A stretch of DNA of 64,000 bases from positions 1 through 64,000 of IMG/VR virus record IMGVR_UViG_3300036851_000176; one strand, 5' to 3'. The position numbers were made by a program, and so were the translations under genes. Below the pieces are notes generated by a model, which did not search any database, had not been told where the DNA came from, and saw only the letters and a list, made by a program, of their open reading frames with translations. Source of the DNA: a virus. Below, in pieces: positions 45,858-55,561 of this stretch (position 1 is its first letter; each line of letters starts with the position of its first letter).

Positions 45858-47423
45858 TCATGAGATGGCCCATTGAGTAGCGAAATCCGCTGCTCCTGTT
45901 GCTCCAACGGGTCCGGTCGCTCCTGTCGCGCCCGCAACACCGGCCGGTCCAGTTGATCCGGTCGCTCCAGCGGTTCCTGTAGCACCAGCAGGACCGGTGG
46001 CTCCCGTTGCACCGTCGAATCCATCGTCTCCATCTGCTCCGCTCGCTCCCACCGGGCCTGTCGCTCCTGTTACTCCTGCTCCCGTTGCCCCGGTCGCCCC
46101 TACTGCACCAGCCGAACCAGTGGCTCCTGTGGCACCAGCCGCGCCCGCCGATCCTGCCGAGCCAGTTGCTCCTGTGGCTCCCGCTGTACCTGCGCCCGTC
46201 GCACCGGTTGCTCCAAGTGAAACAGTCGCCATCGCAAACTGGTATGTCGCCAGAAGTGTGTCTCCCGTTAGAGGGGCCGTAACAAATGTGATCGTGCTTC
46301 CGGACAGCGTGTAGTCTGCGCCACCAGCGCTCTGAAGAACTCCGTTGCGGTACAACTCCAGAGTTGTGCTTGGAGTCGGAGAATTTGCCAGCGTGTACAT
46401 GACGTTGGCTCCATTGATTGCGCCTCCGGGCGTCTCGTTCCAGATGATGTTGGCTGCTGAGAGTGCTCCCGTCGCTCCTGTGGATCCGTCAATCCCATCT
46501 GTTCCATCTACTCCCGCCGGACCGACAGGGCCAGTGGCGCCCGAGGCCCCGATGTCACCGGTTGGACCTGTTGCGCCTGTGGCGCCATTTGCGCCCGTGG
46601 CGCCCGTAGCACCGTCAATTCCGTCAATTCCGTCAATGCCCGCTGGCCCCGTTGCTCCGGTCGCTCCACCCGATCCTGTGGCGCCTGTGGCTCCGGCCGA
46701 TCCAGCCGCGCCAGTAGCTCCCGTCGCTCCGTCCACTCCCGTTCCGGTACCTCCGCCTCCGCCCGCTCCTCCAACAACCATGCTGGTCGGGCCGGGAGCG
46801 CCAATCGGGCCAGGGTCTCCTCGACGGGCTACGAGTTGCCAGTATTCGTTCGAGCGCTTGTTGTCGGCGGCGGGATCAATTCCCGCTGGAACATCCTTCT
46901 TCGGCTGATACGTGCTACCGAGACGGAAGACAAGAGGAGCAAGGGCCTTGTACTCGTCCTTGCGATTCCACGTTACGACTTCAGGGAACTCTCCAGCGGG
47001 TCCGGTCGCTCCATCCGCACCGGGCGCTCCGTCAGCGCCGTCACGACCATCCTTTCCATCCGCTCCGTCCCGACCGGCCGGTCCCGTCGCACCGGGCGTC
47101 CCATCTTCACCGTCCTTGCCATCTGCTCCGGTCGATCCCTTCGGTCCCTGCGGCCCAGTTTCTCCCTTCGGCCCCTGCGCTCCCGTTGGACCTCGACGAC
47201 CGGTCGGACCGAAGAACCCCTGCGGTCCAGGAGGGCCTTCGCCTCCCGGAGGTCCTTCTGGCCCGGTCGCGCCGGGAGGTCCAGTCGGCCCGACATCTCC
47301 TGGATCGCCCTTCTTGCCCGGAGCGCCGAACTGACCCGCAGGGCCGGTAGCGCCTGTCGCGCCGGTCTCTCCGGGCTTGGGGGCGACCACACGAGTTGGA
47401 ATCGTGTAGTTCTTCTTACCCAT
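45858..47423 (-). CDS. Collagen-like protein with three GXY tracts and two globular inserts
   Basis: GPT/GAT repeats; W...Y...YWQLVA insert; [11 protein letters not shown] domain. Confidence 0.85.
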   Translation of the reverse strand: MGKKNYTIPTRVVAPKPGETGATGATGPAGQFGAPGKKGDPGDVGPTGPPGATGPEGPPGGEGPPGPQGFFGPTGRRGPTGAQGPKGETGPQGPKGSTGADGKDGEDGTPGATGPAGRDGADGKDGRDGADGAPGADGATGPAGEFPEVVTWNRKDEYKALAPLVFRLGSTYQPKKDVPAGIDPAADNKRSNEYWQLVARRGDPGPIGAPGPTSMVVGGAGGGGGTGTGVDGATGATGAAGSAGATGATGSGGATGATGPAGIDGIDGIDGATGATGANGATGATGPTGDIGASGATGPVGPAGVDGTDGIDGSTGATGALSAANIIWNETPGGAINGANVMYTLANSPTPSTTLELYRNGVLQSAGGADYTLSGSTITFVTAPLTGDTLLATYQFAMATVSLGATGATGAGTAGATGATGSAGSAGAAGATGATGSAGAVGATGATGAGVTGATGPVGASGADGDDGFDGATGATGPAGATGTAGATGSTGPAGVAGATGATGPVGATGAADFATQWAIS

Positions 47424-47455
47424 TTTCCACGACCTTCCCCAGGCCGGGAATCACT

Positions 47456-49375
47456 TTAACCGCCCCCGTCATCGGGAGCGGTTTCCTCTGGGTCTGGAGC
47501 GATGGGAACACCATCGATGTTCACAGTGGTGTCCGGGACGTGGACATGAATGTCTGGTTCTTTGCGAGAGAAGAATGCCTTGACAGCCTCCATGAACCCG
47601 CGACGCTCTTCGGCATCTCGCTCGATCAAAGCGCGATCTTCTTCGGACAATCCGATCGGCTTCTCTTCCAGATCTGGATTCTGAACAGTAACGTTCACGA
47701 CCGGATCACGATTGAGAAGGCGAGATAGCAAACCGCTGAAACGGTTGAAGTCGCCATCGATCTTCTCCGACAGTTCGACGCTCTTGCTTTCCACAACCTC
47801 GCCAGCGACCTCTCGAATCCTGTCCTCCAGTCCGACCTTAATCTCTTCGATCTCCTCTTCCTTGAAATAGCGACCATTCTCGTCCACGCCAGCGAAGTTT
47901 CCGCGAGCGCTCTGGGGAGGTGGCTTCATCGACTGGAGATGCTCGATCAGGTCCTCCTGCTGCTTCTTCGCCTCGATTGGATTCAGGATCGGTACGCCTA
48001 GTCGCTTCAGAAGTTCACGAATGTCCACGGACGCGAGTTCTGCGGGAGCATTCTGCGCGAGCGCCTGCACGATCGCGCGACCCGTTTCCACATCCTGATC
48101 CTCGAAGCCGGTCGTGACGATCTCACACGTTGGTCCGCCAGGACCGAAGTTCGCTTCGAGCAACTGCGGGATCATGTAGCGGTTGATCTGGTCATCGATC
48201 TCGGCCTTGATGATCGCCTGCCCGTCCTCAAAGGTCGAACCAAGAGTGGCTGCGACGTTGCGCGATGATGTTCCGCCCTTGCCCTCGAAGAATGCCTGCT
48301 CCGGAACCATGAGCGCTCGGAGGCGAGATACGTCGAGATACTCAAACGACTCATTCAACGCGTCGAAGTTCGTGTTGACTTCCATGTGCTTCAGTTCCCA
48401 CGAACGGAGGTTGAGGGTGCGTCCATCCATCTGACTCTCGACAGCGCTACTCGGCAGCGAAACATTTGCGCCAGAGCGGAGTTTCTCGGCGAGACCCAGA
48501 GCCTCCTGCGTGAAGTTGCGAGGGTTGCCCTCGTCGTCAGTCGCGAGTTCGGTTGGGTGATACGCGATCACCGGCGGATCGGCCCACTTCTCGAATGCTC
48601 GGTCAGCCAAGCCGAAGCGATACCAGTACGCCCACCAGAATCGGTATGCGTAACCCAGGCGCGGCCAGCCATAGAGGGAGCCGAACACGGAGTCCTTCTC
48701 GTTGGTCGCCCAGAGCGCCCAGTCGAGACCAATCTTTCCGTCTGAATCTGCTTTCTCCTCGAATGGGAACCGGGACCCTGCCTGCGTGTTTCGGTAGTTG
48801 ATCCCTGCGAAGTTTCCATCTGCGTCCCATGCTGGAGTGACGTGGCGCGGGTTGAGAGGACTGAACGGTTTCCAGAGCAGAGGATCAGCGCTCGAACTCC
48901 AGACTCTTACCTCCTGCGCGTCCGGTCCATTTCCGCTCAGGTAGACCCAATCGACCGGAGCGCGCTCGAAGTTCTTGACCATGGCCTGAAAGCCGAAATC
49001 GAGACTGCCTCCGTACTGGAGGATGAAGCGGCCGTAGATCCTGCGCAGCGCTCCGTCGATGAACGCGGCTCGACGAGGGTCTGTACTCTTGATGTACCAG
49101 TTGGCGCGAGCGAGATACGCCTTGATGAACGATAGTCCGAACGAGAGGATCGGATCACGACGCATCTGTTCCAGGTCGCCGATCGTGACCTTCGTAGCAT
49201 CCGGGGTGCGTCCACCAGCTCGGAAAATATCGCCCCCAGTCTTCCACCGAGAGGTCGAGGAGGCGGTGCTAGGTCCCTTGTCAGCGGCCAGACGGTCTCT
49301 CAGCCGCTCACGGGCCTCTTCGCTATCACCTTCCGCGAAGTGTGCTCCGCCCACGCTGAGGTCGTCATCTGGCAT
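47456..49375 (-). CDS. Portal protein (DUF935-like) with C-terminal extension
   Basis: Follows terminase; LDFGFQAM, FGSLYG, AFEKWADP, LLEANFG. Confidence 0.75.
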   Translation of the reverse strand: MPDDDLSVGGAHFAEGDSEEARERLRDRLAADKGPSTASSTSRWKTGGDIFRAGGRTPDATKVTIGDLEQMRRDPILSFGLSFIKAYLARANWYIKSTDPRRAAFIDGALRRIYGRFILQYGGSLDFGFQAMVKNFERAPVDWVYLSGNGPDAQEVRVWSSSADPLLWKPFSPLNPRHVTPAWDADGNFAGINYRNTQAGSRFPFEEKADSDGKIGLDWALWATNEKDSVFGSLYGWPRLGYAYRFWWAYWYRFGLADRAFEKWADPPVIAYHPTELATDDEGNPRNFTQEALGLAEKLRSGANVSLPSSAVESQMDGRTLNLRSWELKHMEVNTNFDALNESFEYLDVSRLRALMVPEQAFFEGKGGTSSRNVAATLGSTFEDGQAIIKAEIDDQINRYMIPQLLEANFGPGGPTCEIVTTGFEDQDVETGRAIVQALAQNAPAELASVDIRELLKRLGVPILNPIEAKKQQEDLIEHLQSMKPPPQSARGNFAGVDENGRYFKEEEIEEIKVGLEDRIREVAGEVVESKSVELSEKIDGDFNRFSGLLSRLLNRDPVVNVTVQNPDLEEKPIGLSEEDRALIERDAEERRGFMEAVKAFFSRKEPDIHVHVPDTTVNIDGVPIAPDPEETAPDDGGG

Positions 49376-49381
49376 GCGAAA

Positions 49382-49403
49382 GCCTCCCAGGGTCACGGGA
49401 GGC
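49382..49403 (-). promoter_or_regulatory. Hairpin sequestering the portal RBS
   Basis: GCCTCCC-8 nt-GGGAGGC, then TTTCGC ATG. Confidence 0.5.
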
Positions 49404-49478
49404 CATGGGTACTCCCTGGTTTTGCCAGTGGGTGATGTTCGAACACTCCGATCGAATTGCTAGCCACGAAAGTGTACA

Positions 49479-51335
49479 TCATCGAGGCGTAGGCCAGCCC
49501 GGTGGTCTGGGGAAATTCGTGCTTCGAGCCGGTTCCCCGCCTCCTGGGAGATACCTGCTCGGACCGGATCCGGTTCCGGTACTTCCTCCGTATCCTGATT
49601 CTCCCGCTCCTGTTGGCGCCGCTGCGGACTGCTGGCTGCGCTTGATCGTTCGCACATTTGCGATCAGATAGCGCGTCGCGTCTACTGCATGATCGAAGTC
49701 TTTGACGGGTCGATCCGGAATGTCAATCTGTCCCGGCTTTGGGTCGGGGTTGTGCCAGACCTCGATCTCGTCGCAGAGCATGTCGCAGCGCGTCACGTCC
49801 ACGTAGAACTGGTTCTCTTCGATGAGGTCGCGCCAGTAGGTCGTGTGCAGATCTACGTCCTTCGTGGCGTAGTTGACCAACGGGATAGGAGGGTCATGCG
49901 CTCTCCATTCGAGCATCGCTCCGCGAGCCTGCACGTCATAGAAGAAGCGCTTGATGTGGAACTCAGGGAATCGCATCTTCCAGTATCCGATTCGCTTGAT
50001 CACCAGATCCGCCATCTTCGATGGGGCGAGGTTGGCCTTGTAGATCTCGTCGAACACAACGTGCGATCCTGCGGGAAGAACGATCGCTGGCTCCTCTCTA
50101 TCGGCCTGGTGGAAGCCAAGCACGATCACCGGCTTGTTGAGCACCTGGACGAACTCAATAGCTGTTGGGTTCGTTCCTCCGAAGTCCACGCTCGCGAAGA
50201 CCATTCCATTCGATGGATCGGGCATGAAATGTCGGATGCCATGACGTTGGCGGTCGAAGTCAGGGAGTCTCAGACCAGATGCGGACGGGCGCGAGCACTC
50301 CTGCTGAGCCTCCCACACGTCCCTGGTCGTCGTTCGGAAAGTCTTATGGAGGTCTCCAAGCGGGAGCCATCCTCTGCTACGCGCGAGGCGACCATTACAC
50401 ACGTCCTCGAACGTGCGGTCCTCGCCCGATTCCCACTTGCCCTTGACAACACGATTGCATTCACACTTCTCCTCTTCGGGGAGATCTGGATACGCCTTGC
50501 GGCAGTTGGGCACTTCCTGAGCGCACTCGAAGATGCACCAGGTGTAGAGACGATACGGAGGATCGAAGCCCGCCTTCTCCGCGTCGCGGATTTCGTTGAG
50601 AAGCGTCTGCATCGGACCGTGCGCGCGCTTTCGTGTTGACGTAATAAGGTCTTGCGCTCGATTGCCGCCCTTGGACAGAGAGATGTTCCGTGACTCCTGG
50701 AACACGCCAGGCTTCATGAGTTCCTGCTCGTCAACGTGGCAATGAGGGTGATGCGGCCCGTTCACCGCAGCCTCGGTGCCAGGAACGATCTCGACCTTCG
50801 CCCCGTTGTTGAAAATCGTCTCTGACATGAGGCACTTCTCTACGTCGGGATGATCTTCGGCCTGCTGAACCTTACCGTCAGTCTTGATCAATTCAGTCAG
50901 TCGGTCGTAACAGCGACCGGCGTGCTCAAGAATGGCCCCGACGCTGATTCCATCGCAGCCCTTGAACTTAGCGCTGAGCATGTGCCACAGTGCGGCCATC
51001 TGCGTCTTCGATCCGCCACGGTTCGTCATCCAGAGCGCTGAATAGTCGCGTTCGAAGTAGAGATTGCTGAACGCCTCGAACGGAGATTGATGTTCAGGAC
51101 ACACGCGCGTGCGGGGAATGTCTAGCCCATATGTGTCCAGAATGTAAGCGTGTAATTCGTCGTCAGTCTGCGGCCCTTTCGCCGACTTCCAACTCTGGTA
51201 GGCCAGCAGGCAGTCGTCCTGCTGATCCGTTGTCAATGACGGAAAACTCTCCGTCCAGAATTTCTCCGCCCTCGGACGATCCGAGGCCAAGATCCCGAAG
51301 AACTCCGGCCAAGAGATCTGTTCGTTGCTGATCAT
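49479..51335 (-). CDS. terL: Terminase large subunit
   Basis: NRGGSKT (Walker A), HVDEQE (Walker B), SVDFGG, DHAVDATRY. Confidence 0.88.
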   Translation of the reverse strand: MISNEQISWPEFFGILASDRPRAEKFWTESFPSLTTDQQDDCLLAYQSWKSAKGPQTDDELHAYILDTYGLDIPRTRVCPEHQSPFEAFSNLYFERDYSALWMTNRGGSKTQMAALWHMLSAKFKGCDGISVGAILEHAGRCYDRLTELIKTDGKVQQAEDHPDVEKCLMSETIFNNGAKVEIVPGTEAAVNGPHHPHCHVDEQELMKPGVFQESRNISLSKGGNRAQDLITSTRKRAHGPMQTLLNEIRDAEKAGFDPPYRLYTWCIFECAQEVPNCRKAYPDLPEEEKCECNRVVKGKWESGEDRTFEDVCNGRLARSRGWLPLGDLHKTFRTTTRDVWEAQQECSRPSASGLRLPDFDRQRHGIRHFMPDPSNGMVFASVDFGGTNPTAIEFVQVLNKPVIVLGFHQADREEPAIVLPAGSHVVFDEIYKANLAPSKMADLVIKRIGYWKMRFPEFHIKRFFYDVQARGAMLEWRAHDPPIPLVNYATKDVDLHTTYWRDLIEENQFYVDVTRCDMLCDEIEVWHNPDPKPGQIDIPDRPVKDFDHAVDATRYLIANVRTIKRSQQSAAAPTGAGESGYGGSTGTGSGPSRYLPGGGEPARSTNFPRPPGWPTPR

Positions 51336-51690
51336 TCAGCGCCCTCCTCTCTGCGAGTTGCTGTTTCTTGTGGGTCTCCAGCACCTCGACGAGACCCTTA
51401 GCGGCGCGCAACTTCTCGGCGCGCGTTCCATTAGCAAGGGCGTCAACGTATGCCTGAATGACCAGAACCTGAACATCCTCGGCTCCGGTCGCATCGACAA
51501 TCGACTTGATCAGATCGTCAGAAGTCTTCTTGACGGCAATCGATTTCTGAGCGCCGCCGAACTTCGCTCGCTCCTCTCCTGTCTCGGGATCCACCACTTT
51601 CTCGCGGTGCATCGCTTTGGCGCGATCAGAGCGCCGCTTGCGCTCCTCGTCTGACAGGTTGAGTTTCTCGCCTTTGTGTGATCGGCCCAT
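51163..51690 (-). CDS. Putative terminase small subunit
   Basis: Directly upstream of terL; helical; C-terminal EILDGEFSV. Confidence 0.55.
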   Translation of the reverse strand: MGRSHKGEKLNLSDEERKRRSDRAKAMHREKVVDPETGEERAKFGGAQKSIAVKKTSDDLIKSIVDATGAEDVQVLVIQAYVDALANGTRAEKLRAAKGLVEVLETHKKQQLAERRALNDQQRTDLLAGVLRDLGLGSSEGGEILDGEFSVIDNGSAGRLPAGLPELEVGERAAD

Positions 51691-51756
51691 GCACGACCAC
51701 CCTACGCTAAAGATTTCTCTAGCGGCGAATTAAAGTGTCGTCTTCTGACCCAAATC

Positions 51757-51951
51757 CTACTCGGCGGCCAGACCATGATTGCGAGAGGATGCCTCGTCCG
51801 AAATCGCGCTCTGTTCGGATGAATGAGACCCAACTCCGTCTCCGCCGCGCGTCGCTCGACGATGTTTCGTGGGGTTCCCGTCTCCGTCCAGGACGCCTTC
51901 GATCTCTTCGTAAGAGTCTCCGTACGGATCGTTTCCTGTTCCAGTCATCAT
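51757..51951 (-). CDS. Small hydrophilic protein
   Basis: AAAGGAGG RBS. Confidence 0.5.
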   Translation of the reverse strand: MMTGTGNDPYGDSYEEIEGVLDGDGNPTKHRRATRGGDGVGSHSSEQSAISDEASSRNHGLAAE

Positions 51952-51976
51952 TTGCCTCCTTTCGACTCGTAAGAGT

Positions 51977-52342
51977 CTACCTGCTCAGATAGGCGAGCAC
52001 TGCTCGCGCCTCATCGATAGTGATTCCGCCGAGTAGGCGCTTGTTGTGTCGGAAGCAGAGGAGACCGCGCGCCTTGCCTGTTTTGTGGTCGTGATCGCGA
52101 TGGAATCTGCCATTCTCATTTGGCTTGCAATCGATTCCAAGATAGCGGCCGATCCAGCAGAAGTTTCCGCCATTGACTTCGACGAAGAATTCATATGGCT
52201 CAGATAGAACCGCGCGGTGTGCGGGCGGAGCTGATTTCTTCGGCTGCAAGCGCCCGCACACCACTCCATCGACAACAGCATCGCAACGCTTCTTGTTGCG
52301 CGTCGGATGCTTCGTCTTACATTTGGTGCATGTCCACGGCAC
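51977..52342 (-). CDS. Endonuclease VII-like protein
   Basis: FHRDHDHKTGKARGLLCFRHN. Confidence 0.8.
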   Translation of the reverse strand: MPWTCTKCKTKHPTRNKKRCDAVVDGVVCGRLQPKKSAPPAHRAVLSEPYEFFVEVNGGNFCWIGRYLGIDCKPNENGRFHRDHDHKTGKARGLLCFRHNKRLLGGITIDEARAVLAYLSR

Positions 52343-52344
52343 TC

Positions 52345-52605
52345 CTAAAGAGTACCGTTTCGCCTCCGAGCCAGAGTCTTGCGGCGCTTTCGCGCGCGAC
52401 GGGTATCGAGCGCGGCTCCTCCGACCACGTATGTAACGAGGCCGAGCAGGAGTCCGCCGACGATGAATGCGACCGGACCCCAGAATGGCAGTGTTACCCA
52501 CCACCATGACCAGTCGATCACGCCGACGAGTTTGAGGACCACGAACGCCACTCCGAGAAGACTGAGCGTGCTCGGTCCACCGCGAGATTGAACAGTGTCG
52601 GCCAT
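52345..52605 (-). CDS. Small membrane protein (WSWWWV type)
   Basis: FVVLKLVGVIDWSWWWVTLPFW. Confidence 0.75.
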   Translation of the reverse strand: MADTVQSRGGPSTLSLLGVAFVVLKLVGVIDWSWWWVTLPFWGPVAFIVGGLLLGLVTYVVGGAALDTRRARKRRKTLARRRNGTL

Positions 52606-52732
52606 CAGAGTGCCCTCGAACTTCCACCAGTGAGGTCGAGAACGAGAACTACGATGAGCGACACCAGCCATGCGTTCCACTGGTGCAACGGCGGGGTGCC
52701 GCTAACCAGCCAAACGATGAGCCAGATGATTG

Positions 52733-53449
52733 TCATGTGTTTCTTACCTTTCCTGATCGCTTGTACTCATCATCCCGAAGTGTTGCTTCTCGGCTGAGTC
52801 TCGACACGTTGCCCTCATAAATTTCCTTGAGGGCCTTGTAGTCGCCGACTTGACGTTCGAGATCGAACACTTCGTCGTCGAGTTTCTTGTACTCCGGGGA
52901 TTCCTTTGCCGCCAGGTCGAGGGCTTCCTTGGTCGGCTTGACCCCGTTCTCGCGCGCCGCGACTTCTTCGGCGAGATACGCCTTGCGATAAGCGCTCTCG
53001 CGTAGTTGACGCGCACGTAGCACTCGATCCATCGTCTGCTTCAGCTGCCAGATCGCTCGGTTGAGACACGCCTGGAACTGACTCGCGAGACGACGAATCT
53101 CCTTGTCGGAGCAGTCCGAGATGTCGAACGGCATCTCCGGCGGATCGCCCTCGATCTGCCGAGGAACTGGCAGATGCTCGGCCTTGATCTCTGCCGGAGC
53201 GGGAGCGTCGTCCTCCGTCGTGGGCACGGCTTCCGGCTCCTCGTCGGTGTAGCCCGCGCCATCGCGTCCGATCGCGACGATCTGCTTGATCGTGTTGTCG
53301 GCGTCCTTCGTCTCCGCAGCCGCCTCAGCGTGCTGGAAGTAGAACTTCGCCTCCTTGATCAGTTCCTCCTCGGCCTCCGGAATCGGGTCGTCGTAATACC
53401 CGCCCTCTTTCGCACATTCGAGGATCGCGAGGGCGGTCTTAGCCTTCAC
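52733..53449 (-). CDS. Coiled-coil protein, possibly UvsY-like
   Basis: Long helical C-terminus; lies in the recombination arm. Confidence 0.55.
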   Translation of the reverse strand: MKAKTALAILECAKEGGYYDDPIPEAEEELIKEAKFYFQHAEAAAETKDADNTIKQIVAIGRDGAGYTDEEPEAVPTTEDDAPAPAEIKAEHLPVPRQIEGDPPEMPFDISDCSDKEIRRLASQFQACLNRAIWQLKQTMDRVLRARQLRESAYRKAYLAEEVAARENGVKPTKEALDLAAKESPEYKKLDDEVFDLERQVGDYKALKEIYEGNVSRLSREATLRDDEYKRSGKVRNT

Positions 53450-53590
53450 GAGCGTCCTCGATCCGAAGCATGCCCTCTTCCGCGATCGAGAGCAGGAGTG
53501 GAGATTCCACGTTCGCCAGTTCTGGCACAGCCGCGTTCAGGTAGCCGACGAGTTGAATGACCTCTCCTTCGGTGAAGATGCGCTCGCTCA

Positions 53591-53914
53591 TCAGACTTCG
53601 ATGAGGTCGATGAGGTCACGAACTCGGCTGGTCGCCTTTGCGATCAGGCGATTGTTGTCCTCGAACTTCTCGGCGAGCGGGACCTTGATCTCGCGCAAGT
53701 CCTTGTCGCTCTTCTCGCCTGGCTCGGTCTCGATGCTGCGAAGGACGCCACCGAGACGTAGTCGCATTTCGAGAGCGTCGAGGTTGTTGTGCAGCGTCTC
53801 CAGTTCCTCGACCTGACGCAGATATTCGCCGGAGACCTGACCGCGAGGGAACTCGATGTCAGGCTCGGCAGCCTTTTCCTGCTGGTCCACGTACATCTCT
53901 CCTAGGCCCATCAC
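53591..53914 (-). CDS. Hypothetical protein
   Basis: AAGGAG RBS. Confidence 0.6.
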   Translation of the reverse strand: MMGLGEMYVDQQEKAAEPDIEFPRGQVSGEYLRQVEELETLHNNLDALEMRLRLGGVLRSIETEPGEKSDKDLREIKVPLAEKFEDNNRLIAKATSRVRDLIDLIEV

Positions 53915-53936
53915 TTACTCCTTCGTTGGTAGGGAC

Positions 53937-54509
53937 TCACAGATTATAGCCTAAAGGTAGGCAAATGTTCTGCTCGGTGGTGCCCTCTTCTGGCATCTCG
54001 TTTGGGAGAGGCCCGCCCTCTCGGATGAAGTCCTCGCCTAGCGCCCAGCCAAGCAGGGTTCCCTCCTTGCCGTAGAAGATGAACAGCCACTTTTCTTTGC
54101 CCGACAGGTCGCAGCGCTTGACGTAGAGGTTGTACCTCTCCGGGTTGCCGATGAACTTGTAGTCGATGTCGTACCCGAACAGATGAGCCTCGGGCTTGCC
54201 GTCCCGCCCCGCTCCGTTCAGACGGGGCCGGGGATCTTGGCCCATGTGATCCAAGGCCGCAGACTCGATCACCCATCCGTGCAGCGCACTCCTCTGCCGA
54301 CCACTGAGAGCCTGCAAGACATCAAATCTAGAGGCTCCATCCTTGTACCGCCGCATCGCCAGGTAGCCAGGGTCGTATCCAAGTCCGCGCGTGCCGGGAT
54401 CGCTCCCGTTCGCAATTGCGACATCGAAGAACTGCTGGTACCCCAGTTTGTGGTGCTTCGTCTCGACGGTGATGTCGGTGAGAAGGGACAGCAACTCTGG
54501 CGGCATCAT
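53937..54509 (-). CDS. Putative PD-(D/E)XK-like nuclease
   Basis: ATGA-coupled to the DruA-like gene; IESAA...PE...IDYK...LLGW. Confidence 0.45.
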   Translation of the reverse strand: MMPPELLSLLTDITVETKHHKLGYQQFFDVAIANGSDPGTRGLGYDPGYLAMRRYKDGASRFDVLQALSGRQRSALHGWVIESAALDHMGQDPRPRLNGAGRDGKPEAHLFGYDIDYKFIGNPERYNLYVKRCDLSGKEKWLFIFYGKEGTLLGWALGEDFIREGGPLPNEMPEEGTTEQNICLPLGYNL

Positions 54510-55492
54510 GACAGCCCGTCCTGGTACGGAGCCTTCTCGCCCTTCTTGCTCTCCCATCGACGCAGGCCCCACCGGTCGTACCAGCCCTGGATCGTTTCTG
54601 GCCGTTGATCGGGAGGGATCGCGTCGTGGTAGTAGATGCCACGAGCCTCTCCGGTGTCCAGCGGCTCTGCCTCGTCGGGGTACACAGTGAACAGGAACTT
54701 GACGAGGCGCAACTTGGCCGACGATCCGTCGCCCCCGGTGCAAGTGCATTTCTGATCCGGATCCGGAACGATTTCGGGGACCGGCTCTCCCTCGAACCAG
54801 GCGTGCTTCAAACACGGCGTCGTGTACTTCCCTTTCGGACGCCAGCGGTTGCTGGGCAATGTCTTGGTCTCGATGTCGCCGTACCGGGCGAGCGGATGTC
54901 CGATACCCACATCGGCCTTCGTGAATCCGTCAGCGATAGCTCGAGCCTTGAGCCGCTCGAACTTTCCTGGAGTGATACCAGTGTGCGTGTGCCCGCCCTT
55001 GTCGGTGACGCCCAGGTACTCGTAGATCCGGTTGTACTGACTGCCCTTGCCCCACAGGGACGTGGTGATGATGCCGCGAAGGTCGTGCCCATAACGCCCC
55101 TCGAACACGTCTCCGAGCGTGGGTGCAATCAGCGCGAGCATCTTGCCCAGGTTCCAGTACCAGGAGACCGGCTGCGCGCCGACAAGGACGCTCGCGTTGG
55201 CGTAGTGATAGGACAACTCCTGGCTTGAAATTCCGCCCAGGCGAGCCGTGATCGGCTTCATCGCCAACGGCGACGACAGATGAATGAGTCCGAGCAGGTG
55301 CTCGTCCTGAGTCACGAGGAACGACAACTTCCGGAACGATGGCGCCCAGGGAGCCTTGCTCATCTTCGGCTGCAAGACTTTCATCACGGTCGTGCTTGTC
55401 GTGAGTACCTGCACGCGCTCAGGGATGATCTCCATCGCCGGAGTCTTGACCGGGAACTGGTCTGAGTCGGTTACATCGTACTCGTAAGACAT
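54506..55492 (-). CDS. DruA/DUF4338-like protein
   Basis: RKLSFLV...LLGLIHLSSP...GAQP...LGKMLAL...TTSLWGKGSQYNR...LGVT. Confidence 0.75.
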   Translation of the reverse strand: MSYEYDVTDSDQFPVKTPAMEIIPERVQVLTTSTTVMKVLQPKMSKAPWAPSFRKLSFLVTQDEHLLGLIHLSSPLAMKPITARLGGISSQELSYHYANASVLVGAQPVSWYWNLGKMLALIAPTLGDVFEGRYGHDLRGIITTSLWGKGSQYNRIYEYLGVTDKGGHTHTGITPGKFERLKARAIADGFTKADVGIGHPLARYGDIETKTLPSNRWRPKGKYTTPCLKHAWFEGEPVPEIVPDPDQKCTCTGGDGSSAKLRLVKFLFTVYPDEAEPLDTGEARGIYYHDAIPPDQRPETIQGWYDRWGLRRWESKKGEKAPYQDGLS

Positions 55493-55510
55493 GGGGACTA
55501 CCTCATTCTA

Positions 55511-55542
55511 CAGGAAAGGCCCGCAAAGCGGGCCTCTCCCTG
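55511..55542 (-). terminator. Hairpin terminator after the ParB-like gene
   Basis: AGGCCCGC-TTT-GCGGGCCT followed by TTCC. Confidence 0.6.
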
Positions 55543-55561
55543 GGTCGATCAGGTTCCCTCT

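Noticed and set aside
36427-47459. Long + strand Pro/Ala/Val-rich ORFs
   Set aside because: Antisense shadows of the collagen and Gly-rich genes
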